Below are positions 19,484-29,443 of a stretch of 64,000 bases of DNA, in pieces. How positions within the stretch are numbered: the first letter of the stretch is position 1; each line of letters begins with the position of its first letter. The position numbers and the translations under genes were made by a program. This DNA comes from Candidatus Bathyarchaeota archaeon (GTDB lineage Archaea > Thermoproteota > CALKCG01 > B24 > DRYS01). The stretch lies in the NCBI GenBank assembly GCA_018396535.1, contig JAGTQC010000001.1, positions 64,001-128,000 of the forward strand. The letters run 5' to 3'. The notes beneath the pieces are model-generated. The model was given only the letters and a program-made list of their open reading frames with translations, was not told where the DNA came from and did not search any database.

Positions 19484-20619
19484 TCGGTATGCTGAGATCT
19501 ATCTGGATGAGGTTTAACTATACGCGTCTCTTGGATAGTGTTAGAGTGAGGATAGCTGTTAACGGTGTTAGAGGTAAGTCTAGCTTAGTTGTGTTGTTGG
19601 AGAGGTTGTTTAGGAGTAGGGGGTTTACTACTTATGGGAAGGTTACTGGGGAGAACCCGTTCTCGATAAAGGATGGTGTCTTCTATCCTATTCCTAGGAT
19701 GGAGGGGTTCCCTATATCTCTCGATGAGAATATCTGTGAGTTCTATAAGTATTTCCCGTTTGATGCTATGATAGTCGAGAATCAGGCTATAACCCCCTAT
19801 ACTATAAGGGTTGTTAACGAGCTTCTGGTTAAGCCTCATATTATCGTTGTAACTAATGTTAGGAGGGATCATGGGGATAGCTTAGGCTGGGATCTTAGAT
19901 CTGTAGCTAGGAGTTTGGGTAGGGGGTTTAGTAGAGCATCTATCGTTGTGTGTGGGGAGCAGAGGGTGGAGCTTAATAGTATTCTTGAAAGGTATGCTAG
20001 GGGTGTGGGTGCTTTATTCGATGTAGTGGAGGTACCTGAAGCTGTGAGGGGGCTTCCAGGTGTAGAGCTGGTTTTCATAGCTAGTAGGATTATGGATAGG
20101 TTGGGTTTGGATTCTATGAAGCCGTATGAGGAGGGGGAGGCTTTGGAATCTATATTGAAGCATTTCACTCTTAGAGAATCTAGTATAGGTGTATCATGGT
20201 TTCCAGGAGCTAAGCTTAACGATATCGATAGCACTTCTATAGTTTTGAAATATATGATGGATAGGTATCCGAGTAGAGGTTTCATGCTGGTAGCATACTT
20301 TAGATCTGATAGACCTAGTAGAACTATCAGCTTTACCGAATTCTTCGATAACATAGATCTAGATAGGGTGGGGAGGATATACCTGGTAGGATTCGGAGCA
20401 GACTACGTGTACAGGAGGGTTAAAGGAAGGGTTAGGGAAGTATCTAGAATCCTACCAGATTCTACTAAGAGTATAGAACAGATCATACAGGAAGCTAGAG
20501 ATACAGGCTACGTAATATTCACTATCGGTAACCAAGTTAACAACTTCATGCGTACACTAACAGCAATCCTAGAACCAGGTATAGAGAAAACAGTTACTAC
20601 GATATTCAAATCTAACTGA
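19480..20619 (+). CDS. pgsB: poly-gamma-glutamate synthase PgsB/CapB (Mur-ligase fold)
   Basis: RIAVNGVRGKSS P-loop, GKVTG, TNVRRDH, NDIDST, RSDRPSR. Confidence 0.82.
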   Translation: MIGMLRSIWMRFNYTRLLDSVRVRIAVNGVRGKSSLVVLLERLFRSRGFTTYGKVTGENPFSIKDGVFYPIPRMEGFPISLDENICEFYKYFPFDAMIVENQAITPYTIRVVNELLVKPHIIVVTNVRRDHGDSLGWDLRSVARSLGRGFSRASIVVCGEQRVELNSILERYARGVGALFDVVEVPEAVRGLPGVELVFIASRIMDRLGLDSMKPYEEGEALESILKHFTLRESSIGVSWFPGAKLNDIDSTSIVLKYMMDRYPSRGFMLVAYFRSDRPSRTISFTEFFDNIDLDRVGRIYLVGFGADYVYRRVKGRVREVSRILPDSTKSIEQIIQEARDTGYVIFTIGNQVNNFMRTLTAILEPGIEKTVTTIFKSN

Positions 20620-20717
20620 GATAGAGAGATCTATGGATAGGATATGGAGGGGGACCATAACGGAAACTATGGAAAAACCCGAGGGGGTCCTCGAGTATAG
20701 TAGATCGATAATCTAGA

Positions 20718-20792
20718 CGGGCCCGGTGGGATTCGAACCCACGACCGACAGCTTAGGAGGCTGCCGCGCTATCCTGACTGCGCTACGGGCCC
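20718..20792 (-). tRNA. tRNA-Arg(CCT)
   Basis: Reverse complement GGGCCCGTAGCGCAGTCAGGATAGCGCGGCAGCCTCCTAAGCTGTCGGTCGTGGGTTCGAATCCCACCGGGCCCG. Confidence 0.97.
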
Positions 20793-20887
20793 CTCTCCTC
20801 TACCGATATCCTACCCCCCTCCTACGATTTAACCTTTACGATACATACTCATCAAGCTTATCCTATAGAATCTAACATTAATACTAT

Positions 20888-21658
20888 CTAACAGCTATAG
20901 TATTCTCCTAGCCTCCTCTGCTGACCCTTCCTAGATGCTAGTATCTCTATGCATCTAGCTATATCTATCCTCCTATACTCTAATCCAAGCTCCTTCAACC
21001 TCATATACGCTTTATACGTTATCGATGGGGCTGCGAGTATACCCCTCATAGATCCATACCTATCTCTAAGAGATTCTATATATGCTTTAAGCTGTTCTAC
21101 AGCTTCTAGATCCGCCTTCACTCTCTTAAGCTCTACTACTACGAGTCTTCCATACCTATCTAGACCGTATAGATCTACGAAGCCTGATTCTACAGGCTTC
21201 TCTATAGATACAGGTTTAAACCCATCCTCTATCAACCCAGGTTCTGCTAATATAGCTTCACGTATCGCTTCCTCCCCTATCTCTACTCTAAACCTAGGTT
21301 TACCTTCAAGTCTAGATACTGCTACCAGCGATACTGATGTAAAGCGTGCTACCACTCTCTCATACGGAGATCTCCTAGTAGATGATAGTACTAGATTCTC
21401 ATCATCTATATACACCTCCAGCTTCGATCCTGGAGGCTGCCAGTTTACAGGTTCTACACTAGTTGCAGCATGTATAAGAAGTGTACCATCTGGTTTAGCT
21501 ATGATTATACGCGATCCAGATTCTAGGCTTGCAACTCCTCTACCCCTATACTCTACACTACACTCCCCTACTAGGATTAAAACCATACCCTCAGCTAGAC
21601 TCTTCCTGAATAGCTCGATAATATCTTCGAAACTCGGGTTTACGATAGCTGAGGTCAT
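20888..21658 (-). CDS. nucS: mismatch endonuclease NucS/EndoMS
   Basis: CSVEYRGR, KPDGTLLIH, PVNWQPPG, VDL..VVVELKR; C-terminal PIP-like QRRLGEYY. Confidence 0.93.
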   Translation of the reverse strand: MTSAIVNPSFEDIIELFRKSLAEGMVLILVGECSVEYRGRGVASLESGSRIIIAKPDGTLLIHAATSVEPVNWQPPGSKLEVYIDDENLVLSSTRRSPYERVVARFTSVSLVAVSRLEGKPRFRVEIGEEAIREAILAEPGLIEDGFKPVSIEKPVESGFVDLYGLDRYGRLVVVELKRVKADLEAVEQLKAYIESLRDRYGSMRGILAAPSITYKAYMRLKELGLEYRRIDIARCIEILASRKGQQRRLGEYYSC

Positions 21659-21700
21659 ACCTAGCTTCGATACTCTCCGATAAATCTAACCCTTCATACA

Positions 21701-23011
21701 TTATTCAGTAACTCTAGGTTTCTTCATAAATCTAATCTTAGCTGTAAGTATCTTCTCGCTTTCGAAGAACCATGCAGATACGTATAGGGTGGATAAGGTG
21801 AAAATGGCTAGGTAGATTATACCTAGGATCGGGGTGAGGTAATCTCCGGAGAGGATGGAGTTTACTGATAGGATGGGATATGATAAGGGTATAGCATACA
21901 CTAGTATTCTTAGAGCTATCGGTAGGGAATTTACATCTGTAAATATCGTGAATAAGAACGGTATTATCAAAGGTATGAATACTATACCTAGTAGGCTTTG
22001 AGCACTTCTAACATCATCTGCTAGAGCTGATAAACCTATAGCTATCGAGAGAAGAGCTATGAGTGATAGGATTAGTAGGATACCCATAACTATATATCCT
22101 TGAACCGGTATCTCCACGATCTTAACATATTCTACCGGTATACCTAACCCTGCTAAACCCTCCTGAGGTATGAGAGAGAAGGAGCTCATATATATGGTGA
22201 ACCCGGATAGATAGGAAACTGAACCTATTATAGCTATGAGTATAGAGCCTGCGAGCTTACCCATAAGTATATGTACACGTTTAATAGGTAGTGTTAACAG
22301 GATTTCTAAAGTCTTCCCCTCCTTCTCTTTAGCCATACTAGTAGCAGCTATCTGCATAGCTACTATCACCACCATGAACATAGAGAATGGTAGCATAAGA
22401 CTCTGACTGAATAATCTCTGGAATATAATCGATGGGGGAGCCTTCACGGTGGATCCCTGTATAACCGTATATTCATCTAAGCTTACAGGGTTTAATATGA
22501 AGCTTGGATCTATATCCGGTGCTACCCTCCCCAATAAACTGTATACTAGTATATCTCTATAGGTAGCGATGTATGCTTGGATAGCTGATGACGGTATCGT
22601 CGATAGGAGGGAGAAGCCTTCGATAACAGAGTATACTTGAAGCCTAGCTTTCACACCTATAGTTATATTACTGCTAAATCCTTCAGGTATTATGAGGAGG
22701 ATGTTCAAATCTCTAGATGAAGCTTCGAGTATAGCTTCACTTATACTCCTAGATTTTACGGTATAGATCGAGGCATTCATAGATCTCAACATATCGATTA
22801 GATACGATGCGTAAACACCTCCATCTAGATCTAATACTGCTAGAGATATCCTACCAGCTACAGCTTCTCTAACCGATGTAAACGCTGTCGATAGTATACT
22901 ACCCATTATACCTAGCATAAGGATTGGGGCTAGTAGTATACCTAGAAGTATCTGGGGGTCTCTTAATAGATCCTTAAACTCTTTAACTACCAGAGCTTTC
23001 AGAGGGTTCAT
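21701..23011 (-). CDS. ABC-2 exporter permease (NatB-like)
   Basis: KEFKDLLRD, EKEGKTLEILLTLP, GKL. Confidence 0.88.
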   Translation of the reverse strand: MNPLKALVVKEFKDLLRDPQILLGILLAPILMLGIMGSILSTAFTSVREAVAGRISLAVLDLDGGVYASYLIDMLRSMNASIYTVKSRSISEAILEASSRDLNILLIIPEGFSSNITIGVKARLQVYSVIEGFSLLSTIPSSAIQAYIATYRDILVYSLLGRVAPDIDPSFILNPVSLDEYTVIQGSTVKAPPSIIFQRLFSQSLMLPFSMFMVVIVAMQIAATSMAKEKEGKTLEILLTLPIKRVHILMGKLAGSILIAIIGSVSYLSGFTIYMSSFSLIPQEGLAGLGIPVEYVKIVEIPVQGYIVMGILLILSLIALLSIAIGLSALADDVRSAQSLLGIVFIPLIIPFLFTIFTDVNSLPIALRILVYAIPLSYPILSVNSILSGDYLTPILGIIYLAIFTLSTLYVSAWFFESEKILTAKIRFMKKPRVTE

Positions 23012-23739
23012 GCTAAACCCACCGCTTTAAGGAAAACCTCCTCCATATTACTGGATGAGTACTTCTCCTTCAATAATCTAGGCGGCCCTTCATCTATACC
23101 TCTACCCTTATGTATGAGTAGGATACGATCGCATAGATACTCTATCTCAAGCATATTATGACTCGATATAAGCACTGTTAACCCATACTCATCTACATAC
23201 CTACGTATACATCCCCTTATATAATGCGCATGATATACATCTAAACCACTCGTAGGCTCATCTAGGATAGCTACTCTAGGTTTAACCATCAATGTTCTAG
23301 CAACTTGAAGTCTACGCTGCATACCCTTACTATAGCTTTTAACTCTATCCCTAATCCTAGAGCCTAAACCAGATATATCGAGAGCTTCCTCGATCATCGA
23401 TCTAGCTTCATCCTCACTCTTAGCATACACCTCTGCTACAAATCTAAGATATTCATAGCCTGTAAGATTACCGTATACACCAGCTTCTTCAGGTAGATAG
23501 CTTATCAAACCTCTAACACTCTCAGCATGCTCTACTACATCGAAGCCTAGAACTCTAACCGAGCCGGATGTAGGCTTAATAAGCGTAGCTATTATTCTAA
23601 GAGTAGTAGTTTTACCAGCACCATTCGGCCCTATCAACCCGTAGATTTCACCAGCTTCTACAGAGAATGTAAGACCATCTATAGCAGGTATACCTCCACT
23701 ATAAACCTTAACTAAATTCGATACTTCGATAGCTTTCAA
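23008..23739 (-). CDS. ABC-2 exporter ATP-binding protein
   Basis: GPNGAGKTT, YSKGMQRR, LDEPTSGLD, SSH. Confidence 0.95.
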   Translation of the reverse strand: MKAIEVSNLVKVYSGGIPAIDGLTFSVEAGEIYGLIGPNGAGKTTTLRIIATLIKPTSGSVRVLGFDVVEHAESVRGLISYLPEEAGVYGNLTGYEYLRFVAEVYAKSEDEARSMIEEALDISGLGSRIRDRVKSYSKGMQRRLQVARTLMVKPRVAILDEPTSGLDVYHAHYIRGCIRRYVDEYGLTVLISSHNMLEIEYLCDRILLIHKGRGIDEGPPRLLKEKYSSSNMEEVFLKAVGLA

Positions 23740-23880
23740 CCTTGATTCAGAGATTCCTCTCTGAAAGTATCATATAAACGTTGAGTTAGGATAGATCCAT
23801 CAAATCTTAGAATGCATGATATCTAACTCTAGATCTCGATGAATATTCATTGCGACTTCGAGGCTGAAGATAAGATCGAT

Positions 23881-25443
23881 CTATAACTCGATGTTATAGA
23901 TGTTTTTCCCGATCTCCTTCGAGAGGATCTTAGTTATCAAGATAGAGTATGCTACTACCACAACTATCGATAACCAGCTCTTAGCGTCTCCGAAACCTAG
24001 ATTTAACTCTAGCATTACTAGAATATATACTGGTGTTAGGAGTAGTATTGATAGTAGCATAGAGACTAGTCCGATTAGTAGTGAAGGGGCGCCGATACCC
24101 TTCAATTTAATGAGACCTATCATAACATATAGGTTTACGGAGCATCCTATCATCGATGTTGAGATGGTTAGGATCAGTGGTGCTATCGGGTTAACCTTGT
24201 ATATCATAGATAAAACCGCTACTACAACAACCGGTATAGTCGAGGAGAGCGATATGAAGGTGTATAGGAGAGCTTTAACCATTACGTATATATCCATACC
24301 CGAAGTCAACTGTATCCAAAGGTTACCAGAATCTGAGGCTCTCCAATTACTAACCAGCATTAACGGGATGGTTAGCGAATATACCCCTACTATGAATGTT
24401 AGGGAGTATGGGAGGATCTGCTGATTCTGGGATAGGCTACCACTTATAGAAGTAGCTATGAGTGATGCTAGTAGGTAGAGGAGTATGATAGTGAATAGGC
24501 TTCCCTCCCTTAACACTCTTATAAACTCCTTCTTCATCAGGAAGACTAGTATAGATCTTGATTCAGGATTCAGTATCGAAATAACGCCCATTCTAGAAAA
24601 TACTCTAATACTACGCTCCATTTGCAGGTTCTGCATCCTCATAGATGTATCGAAGGGGGATATAAATGGGATACTAGAAACTGATGGGAAGAAGTTTTTC
24701 ATAGATGCTGATAGAAAGAATAGTAGTGATAGTAGGAAGTAAAACGATAAACCAGTAAGATCGATTATTAGATTATCCAAACCGTATACTAAGCCTACAA
24801 TTATCTTCGCTAAGAATGTTGAAGGATAGGGTAATAAAGTGTAACCTATAGGTAGATCGGATATAAGTCCAGCTGATGGAAATAGAAGGAGGAATATGGT
24901 AGCTAGTATAAATATATTGGTTAGTACACCCCTATACAGAGATTTCACTATGGAGAAGGAGACTTTAAGAAAGAGAAGTGTGAAGGTAAAGAGGAGGACA
25001 GATAGTAGTATGAGTAGCGCAGAGGATATAGAGAGTTTAAGTAGATATACTATCATCAAGTAGAAGATAACGAGTGGATTAGCGAAGATGGATAGGGATG
25101 TAAGATTAGAGAATGTATCTGCTATCAAGTATTCTCTAGGTTTTATAGGAGAGGTAAGGATGATATTTTGTTCGTATTCGAATACAGTGTAGCCTCTTAA
25201 TGCTAGGGAGATTGCGAAGACCATGAGTAGACTAGCTATTGAAGATAATTGCTCTATGCATGGGTTTATATCCACAGTCTCTCTAACAGCATTGGATAAA
25301 GTGAGGGATAGACCGAATAAGCCTGGAAGGAGACCAAACGTATAGAAGATTAAGAGAGCTATACTAGCCTTCGATGCTTTAAGAGTACCGAGTAGCATCT
25401 TAACTTTGAAGATGTACAGGTTTAGAATAACATGGATCCTCAT
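23881..25443 (-). CDS. putative ABC exporter permease (duplicated membrane domain)
   Basis: 520-aa polytopic protein with internal MKKEFIRVLR; overlaps the upstream ATPase by 4 nt. Confidence 0.75.
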   Translation of the reverse strand: MRIHVILNLYIFKVKMLLGTLKASKASIALLIFYTFGLLPGLFGLSLTLSNAVRETVDINPCIEQLSSIASLLMVFAISLALRGYTVFEYEQNIILTSPIKPREYLIADTFSNLTSLSIFANPLVIFYLMIVYLLKLSISSALLILLSVLLFTFTLLFLKVSFSIVKSLYRGVLTNIFILATIFLLLFPSAGLISDLPIGYTLLPYPSTFLAKIIVGLVYGLDNLIIDLTGLSFYFLLSLLFFLSASMKNFFPSVSSIPFISPFDTSMRMQNLQMERSIRVFSRMGVISILNPESRSILVFLMKKEFIRVLREGSLFTIILLYLLASLIATSISGSLSQNQQILPYSLTFIVGVYSLTIPLMLVSNWRASDSGNLWIQLTSGMDIYVMVKALLYTFISLSSTIPVVVVAVLSMIYKVNPIAPLILTISTSMIGCSVNLYVMIGLIKLKGIGAPSLLIGLVSMLLSILLLTPVYILVMLELNLGFGDAKSWLSIVVVVAYSILITKILSKEIGKNIYNIEL

Positions 25444-26222
25444 AGCCTCCCCCTCTTCAACATCTCATCTCTGGTAGACTTCACTTCCGCTTCTTCTATC
25501 AATTTGAGGAATACTTCTTCTAAAGTCGCATTCTCACCTGTTCTTGATAATTGTTTGAGAATCTTTAGATCACCAGAAGCTACATTCTGCCCTTTATAGA
25601 TTATAGCAACCCTATCGCAAAGCCTCTCAGCTGTATCGAGCATATGAGTTGATATGAAAACAGTTTTACCATCCTTAACTCTCTCGCTAAATAGCTCCTT
25701 CAATAAATGCTGCCCCATAGGATCGATACCTATGAACGGTTCATCAAGAATCAGTAGATCCGGGTCATGTATAAGAGCTGATGCTATAGCAACCTTTTGA
25801 CGCATACCTTTAGAAAGGGAGACGATTAACGACCTCCTCTTATCTTCGAGTTCGAATAGATTAGTAAGGTGATCGATCCTCTCCCTGATATGCTTAGTTG
25901 AAACACCCCTAATCTTCCCCGAGTATATGAGAAACTCCTCAACGGTTAGATAATCTGGTAGAGAAACAGATTCAGGTACATACCCTATAAGCTTCTTATA
26001 CTCATATGGCTTCTCATATATATCTACACCGTTAACTTTCACGAGACCTCTATCCATCTTCAAGAGACCTACTATTATCTTAAGCGTCGTCGTCTTGCCA
26101 GCACCATTAGGACCTATAAGCCCGAAGATCTCACCTTTTCTAACCTCAAGATTTAAACCTCTAAGTGCTTGAATACCGTTATAAGACTTCCAAACATCTA
26201 TCAATTCGACTATGAAGGTCAT
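25440..26222 (-). CDS. ABC transporter ATP-binding protein
   Basis: GPNGAGKTT, LSKGMRQK, LDEPFIGID, STH. Confidence 0.95.
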   Translation of the reverse strand: MTFIVELIDVWKSYNGIQALRGLNLEVRKGEIFGLIGPNGAGKTTTLKIIVGLLKMDRGLVKVNGVDIYEKPYEYKKLIGYVPESVSLPDYLTVEEFLIYSGKIRGVSTKHIRERIDHLTNLFELEDKRRSLIVSLSKGMRQKVAIASALIHDPDLLILDEPFIGIDPMGQHLLKELFSERVKDGKTVFISTHMLDTAERLCDRVAIIYKGQNVASGDLKILKQLSRTGENATLEEVFLKLIEEAEVKSTRDEMLKRGRL

Positions 26223-26446
26223 AGTACACTATCCTCTATACAGATTAACGTATTGATCTATCTGTGATATTAATATTAGATAAGCTGATAATAGTTGTAC
26301 AACGTTTTTCATCCTTCGTAAAGAGGCTTTAGGAATACGGTTTAAGACCCATTTTATTCAGCTTCGAGTGCTTAACTGACAGCTGTTTAAGATTTACTTA
26401 AAGCTATCGATCTGCAAAAGAATCTGTAGAGATTTCTCTATTGGAG

Positions 26447-26521
26447 TGGGGCCGGCCGGATTTGAACCGGCGACCACGCGGGCCCAAGCCGCGTATCCTA
26501 ACCTAGCTGGACTACGGCCCC
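26447..26521 (-). tRNA. tRNA-Pro(TGG)
   Basis: Reverse complement GGGGCCGTAGTCCAGCTAGGTTAGGATACGCGGCTTGGGCCCGCGTGGTCGCCGGTTCAAATCCGGCCGGCCCCA. Confidence 0.97.
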
Positions 26522-26606
26522 CCTACTGGGATTATATCTTATAAAGCTGGCTCGAGATAAATATTTAACGTAGATTATGCAACCATATAATTGAGGTGTC
26601 TAGGCT

Positions 26607-27221
26607 ATGCGTATTAGATGGCTTAGTCATGCATGCTTTGAGCTATCTAATGGAAAGATAGTATTAATAGACCCGTATTTTAAAGGTAATAGGCTTGCTC
26701 CAAGGTATGAAGGGAAGCCTGAAATAGTACTTCTTACACATGAGCACTTTGATCATGCAGATACAGATTTCCTCTCTAGAATTAAACCAAAGATTGTAGT
26801 CGGGCCGCCATCAGTTAGTTATCCAGGTGTAAGAATAATTAGGGTTGGCGAAGCCTTAAACCTAGATGATGTAAAGGTTACAGCTTTAAACGCTAGCCAT
26901 CCTCAGAGTAGGTATCCTGTAGCATATCTCGTAGAGTATAGCGGCGTCATTCTTCTCCATCTAGGCGATACCTATCTAGATGCTATAAAGCCGTTAAGCG
27001 TAGATGTGGATCTAGCTTTAGTACCTATAGGTGGGACTTATACTATGGATATAGATGAAGCTATCGAAGCATTAGAGAGAATTAAACCTAAACTTACGAT
27101 ACCCATGCACTTCAATACATTTCCAGAGATAAGAGCTGATCCGGAGGAGTTTAGAAAGAAAGCTGAGGCTAGAGGCTATAGGGTTAGGGTACTATCCATA
27201 GGTGAATATATAGAAGTCTAA
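26607..27221 (+). CDS. metallo-beta-lactamase-fold hydrolase (UPF0173-like)
   Basis: WLSHACF, IDPY, THEHFDH, HLGDT, PIGG.YTM, PMHFNTF. Confidence 0.9.
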   Translation: MRIRWLSHACFELSNGKIVLIDPYFKGNRLAPRYEGKPEIVLLTHEHFDHADTDFLSRIKPKIVVGPPSVSYPGVRIIRVGEALNLDDVKVTALNASHPQSRYPVAYLVEYSGVILLHLGDTYLDAIKPLSVDVDLALVPIGGTYTMDIDEAIEALERIKPKLTIPMHFNTFPEIRADPEEFRKKAEARGYRVRVLSIGEYIEV

Positions 27222-27236
27222 GGATTTAGAAATATT

Positions 27237-28478
27237 TTATAGCTTGAATAAACGCTTAGCATTACCTGAAAGTAGGGATCTAGCTACTTCTTCAGCTAGA
27301 TCTTTCGTATAGAAGCCTCTCTTCACCATGCAGTCTAGGGCCTCTGCTATCATCTTACGTGTAAGAGCAGCTTTACCATAGATCCATTCCAATACGTATG
27401 CATCGCTAAAGAAGCCGCAGATTTTACCCATGGGTATAAGTTGTAAGCGTTCAAGTATATGCTGTATTATGCTTTCAGGGAAGAAACAGTACCACCAGTA
27501 GCCTGTTAAATAGACGTTAGGATAGTTTTTAGCTATTACCGTAAGCTCGTGGGATTGGAATCTATAAGCGGATATAAGGTGGAAATCTACATTCTTATAC
27601 TGATCGAAGAATCTACATAGCGATATGAGACCCCTTTGCTTGAAACATATAGCTAGATCTGGAGGTGAAGATCCAGGTATATCCCTCACAACTCCGATCA
27701 TTATTTGTATCGGAAGTTTATACTCATAACATAGATCCAATATTATGGATAGGGCTACCGATCTTAAATGAATCCTTTCTGCACCTGATAATGGTTTACC
27801 TACGTAGAGTTTGGTATATGCTTCATTAGCCAGAGCTCTATGGGTTAGCTCATAGGTTTCAAAACTTTGGAAGGATATAGCAGCTGTAGCAGCTGATCTA
27901 TCGAATACTTTAAATCTATCTGCAAGTAGATCCTCGAATTCACCTAGAGTAGATGCCGATCCTCCAGATACCTTCTCGAGTTGATCTATTGATTCCTTAG
28001 ATAAACCTCCGACTAGCGGATCAAGTCTAAGAGAAGCTACATACATCTTTCTATCGAATTCTGGTTTAGTCTCCGTTAACGGATTTATCGTTAAGAATAT
28101 CTTATCTATCTTAGCTTTCTCCCAAACTCTATAAATCCAATTTGGATCTGAGGATTTTGATATTATCGCTTCTCTAAGCTTAGGCCAGTTATATGTATCT
28201 AGATCATAGTCTAAGTCGTATAGATCTGATAGTATCTGTTTAAGACACCAGTACGTAGAAGTATTTCGTATAAGCTTGAAGTATTCGATAAGATCTCCTA
28301 CAGGATCCCTACTCTTTGCTTTAACTTCTTCAACAGGTACACCTACAGATCTAAGTTCAGTAGCTATATAGTGGTATAAGAGTATTTGCGATGGATCTGA
28401 AGCTATAGGTCTTCTAAAATCTATATGTGTATGTACATCTACTAGAGGTGCATCACGAACAACATCTTCAAGACTCAA
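27237..28478 (-). CDS. amidohydrolase superfamily protein, probable uronate (glucuronate) isomerase
   Basis: DVHTH, LLYHY, WWY and SDAY motifs typical of UxaC-like enzymes. Confidence 0.7.
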   Translation of the reverse strand: MSLEDVVRDAPLVDVHTHIDFRRPIASDPSQILLYHYIATELRSVGVPVEEVKAKSRDPVGDLIEYFKLIRNTSTYWCLKQILSDLYDLDYDLDTYNWPKLREAIISKSSDPNWIYRVWEKAKIDKIFLTINPLTETKPEFDRKMYVASLRLDPLVGGLSKESIDQLEKVSGGSASTLGEFEDLLADRFKVFDRSAATAAISFQSFETYELTHRALANEAYTKLYVGKPLSGAERIHLRSVALSIILDLCYEYKLPIQIMIGVVRDIPGSSPPDLAICFKQRGLISLCRFFDQYKNVDFHLISAYRFQSHELTVIAKNYPNVYLTGYWWYCFFPESIIQHILERLQLIPMGKICGFFSDAYVLEWIYGKAALTRKMIAEALDCMVKRGFYTKDLAEEVARSLLSGNAKRLFKL

Positions 28479-28555
28479 AGTATAGCAACACCTCTTAAGG
28501 ATAGATGCCCTAAGTATCGTAAATTAAACTTTCTCTATAGAGAAAACTATGTTAG

Positions 28556-28900
28556 GTAACAGCACTAGATTATAATGGTAATGTATTATCTGCTTTCCGA
28601 TACCATACCGACTATACATAATATCTTAAAGGTTATAGGATTGTTTCCGTAGGATATTACCGGTAACCTACCACTAAGAATAAAATTAGGGATATGTAAG
28701 TAGATGATGGTTGGGATGACCCTATCGTGGAATGTATAATAGTTTTAAGAAGGATTGAAACTGGGAAAACCATATATGTGAGATACCATTACAGTTATTT
28801 CAAAACAATGAATTTAAACGTAAGAAGGATGTTTGATGATCCAGTTGTAAGGGTTAGATACGTGAAGTCTGGGTGGAAGGCTCTAAAGAAAAATGGTTGA
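28556..28900 (+). pseudogene. decayed gene of unknown family
   Basis: One frame gives protein-like VTALDYNGNVLSAFRY..., interrupted by three TAA codons, then 66 open codons to TGA at 28900. Confidence 0.35.
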
Positions 28901-28908
28901 AGGATTAC

Positions 28909-29259
28909 CTATAGTATCTTTGATCCTGGTGGAACTGGTTCAAATGTTGTAAGCCATATAGGCTTACCATCAGTCATAGCGGCTAAAGCCATACCTTTAG
29001 ATTCAACACCAGCTATCTTTTTAGGTTCTAGATTCACTAGTACAACGAGAAGCCTACCCTTAAACCATTCAGGGGTATAGTACTCTCCTCCACCAGCTAC
29101 GATCGTACGGATCTCTCCTCCACCTACATCCACCTTAAGTTTTACTACCTTACTTCTTCCAGGAATTCTCTCAGCATCGATAACATAGCCAATTCTTAAG
29201 TCGAGCCTACTGAAATCCTCTATAGATACCATGCTCATAACGTCTACACCTGAATACAT
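28909..29259 (-). CDS. tRNA-binding OB-fold protein (CsaA/Trbp111, MetRS C-terminal-like)
   Basis: FSRLDLRIG, LVNLEPKKIAGVESKGM, PPGSKI. True start is probably 29238 or 29232. Confidence 0.88.
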   Translation of the reverse strand: MYSGVDVMSMVSIEDFSRLDLRIGYVIDAERIPGRSKVVKLKVDVGGGEIRTIVAGGGEYYTPEWFKGRLLVVLVNLEPKKIAGVESKGMALAAMTDGKPIWLTTFEPVPPGSKIL

Positions 29260-29373
29260 CTTTCCATATCTGAATAGGGATTTAAGTGTTTTCCCTAAAC
29301 CATAGATTCGATTAAGGATGTATAACTAGGTTGAAAGTCTAAGATTATAAGAGACTGCTACCTATATACAGGC

Positions 29374-29388
29374 GAAACATTTTTATCC
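29374..29388 (+). promoter_or_regulatory. BRE/TATA-like promoter for cimA-ilv
   Basis: GAAACATTTTTATCC about 60 nt upstream of the inferred cimA start. Confidence 0.45.
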
Positions 29389-29443
29389 AGGATTATGAAG
29401 TTATCTTGTTCCCCGTTGGGGGGATTGTTTATCGTGGGGTGTT

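Noticed and set aside
5009-20717. Integrative element or provirus at the tRNAs
   Set aside because: No integrase, no duplicated tRNA 3' end (att) and no viral genes were seen.
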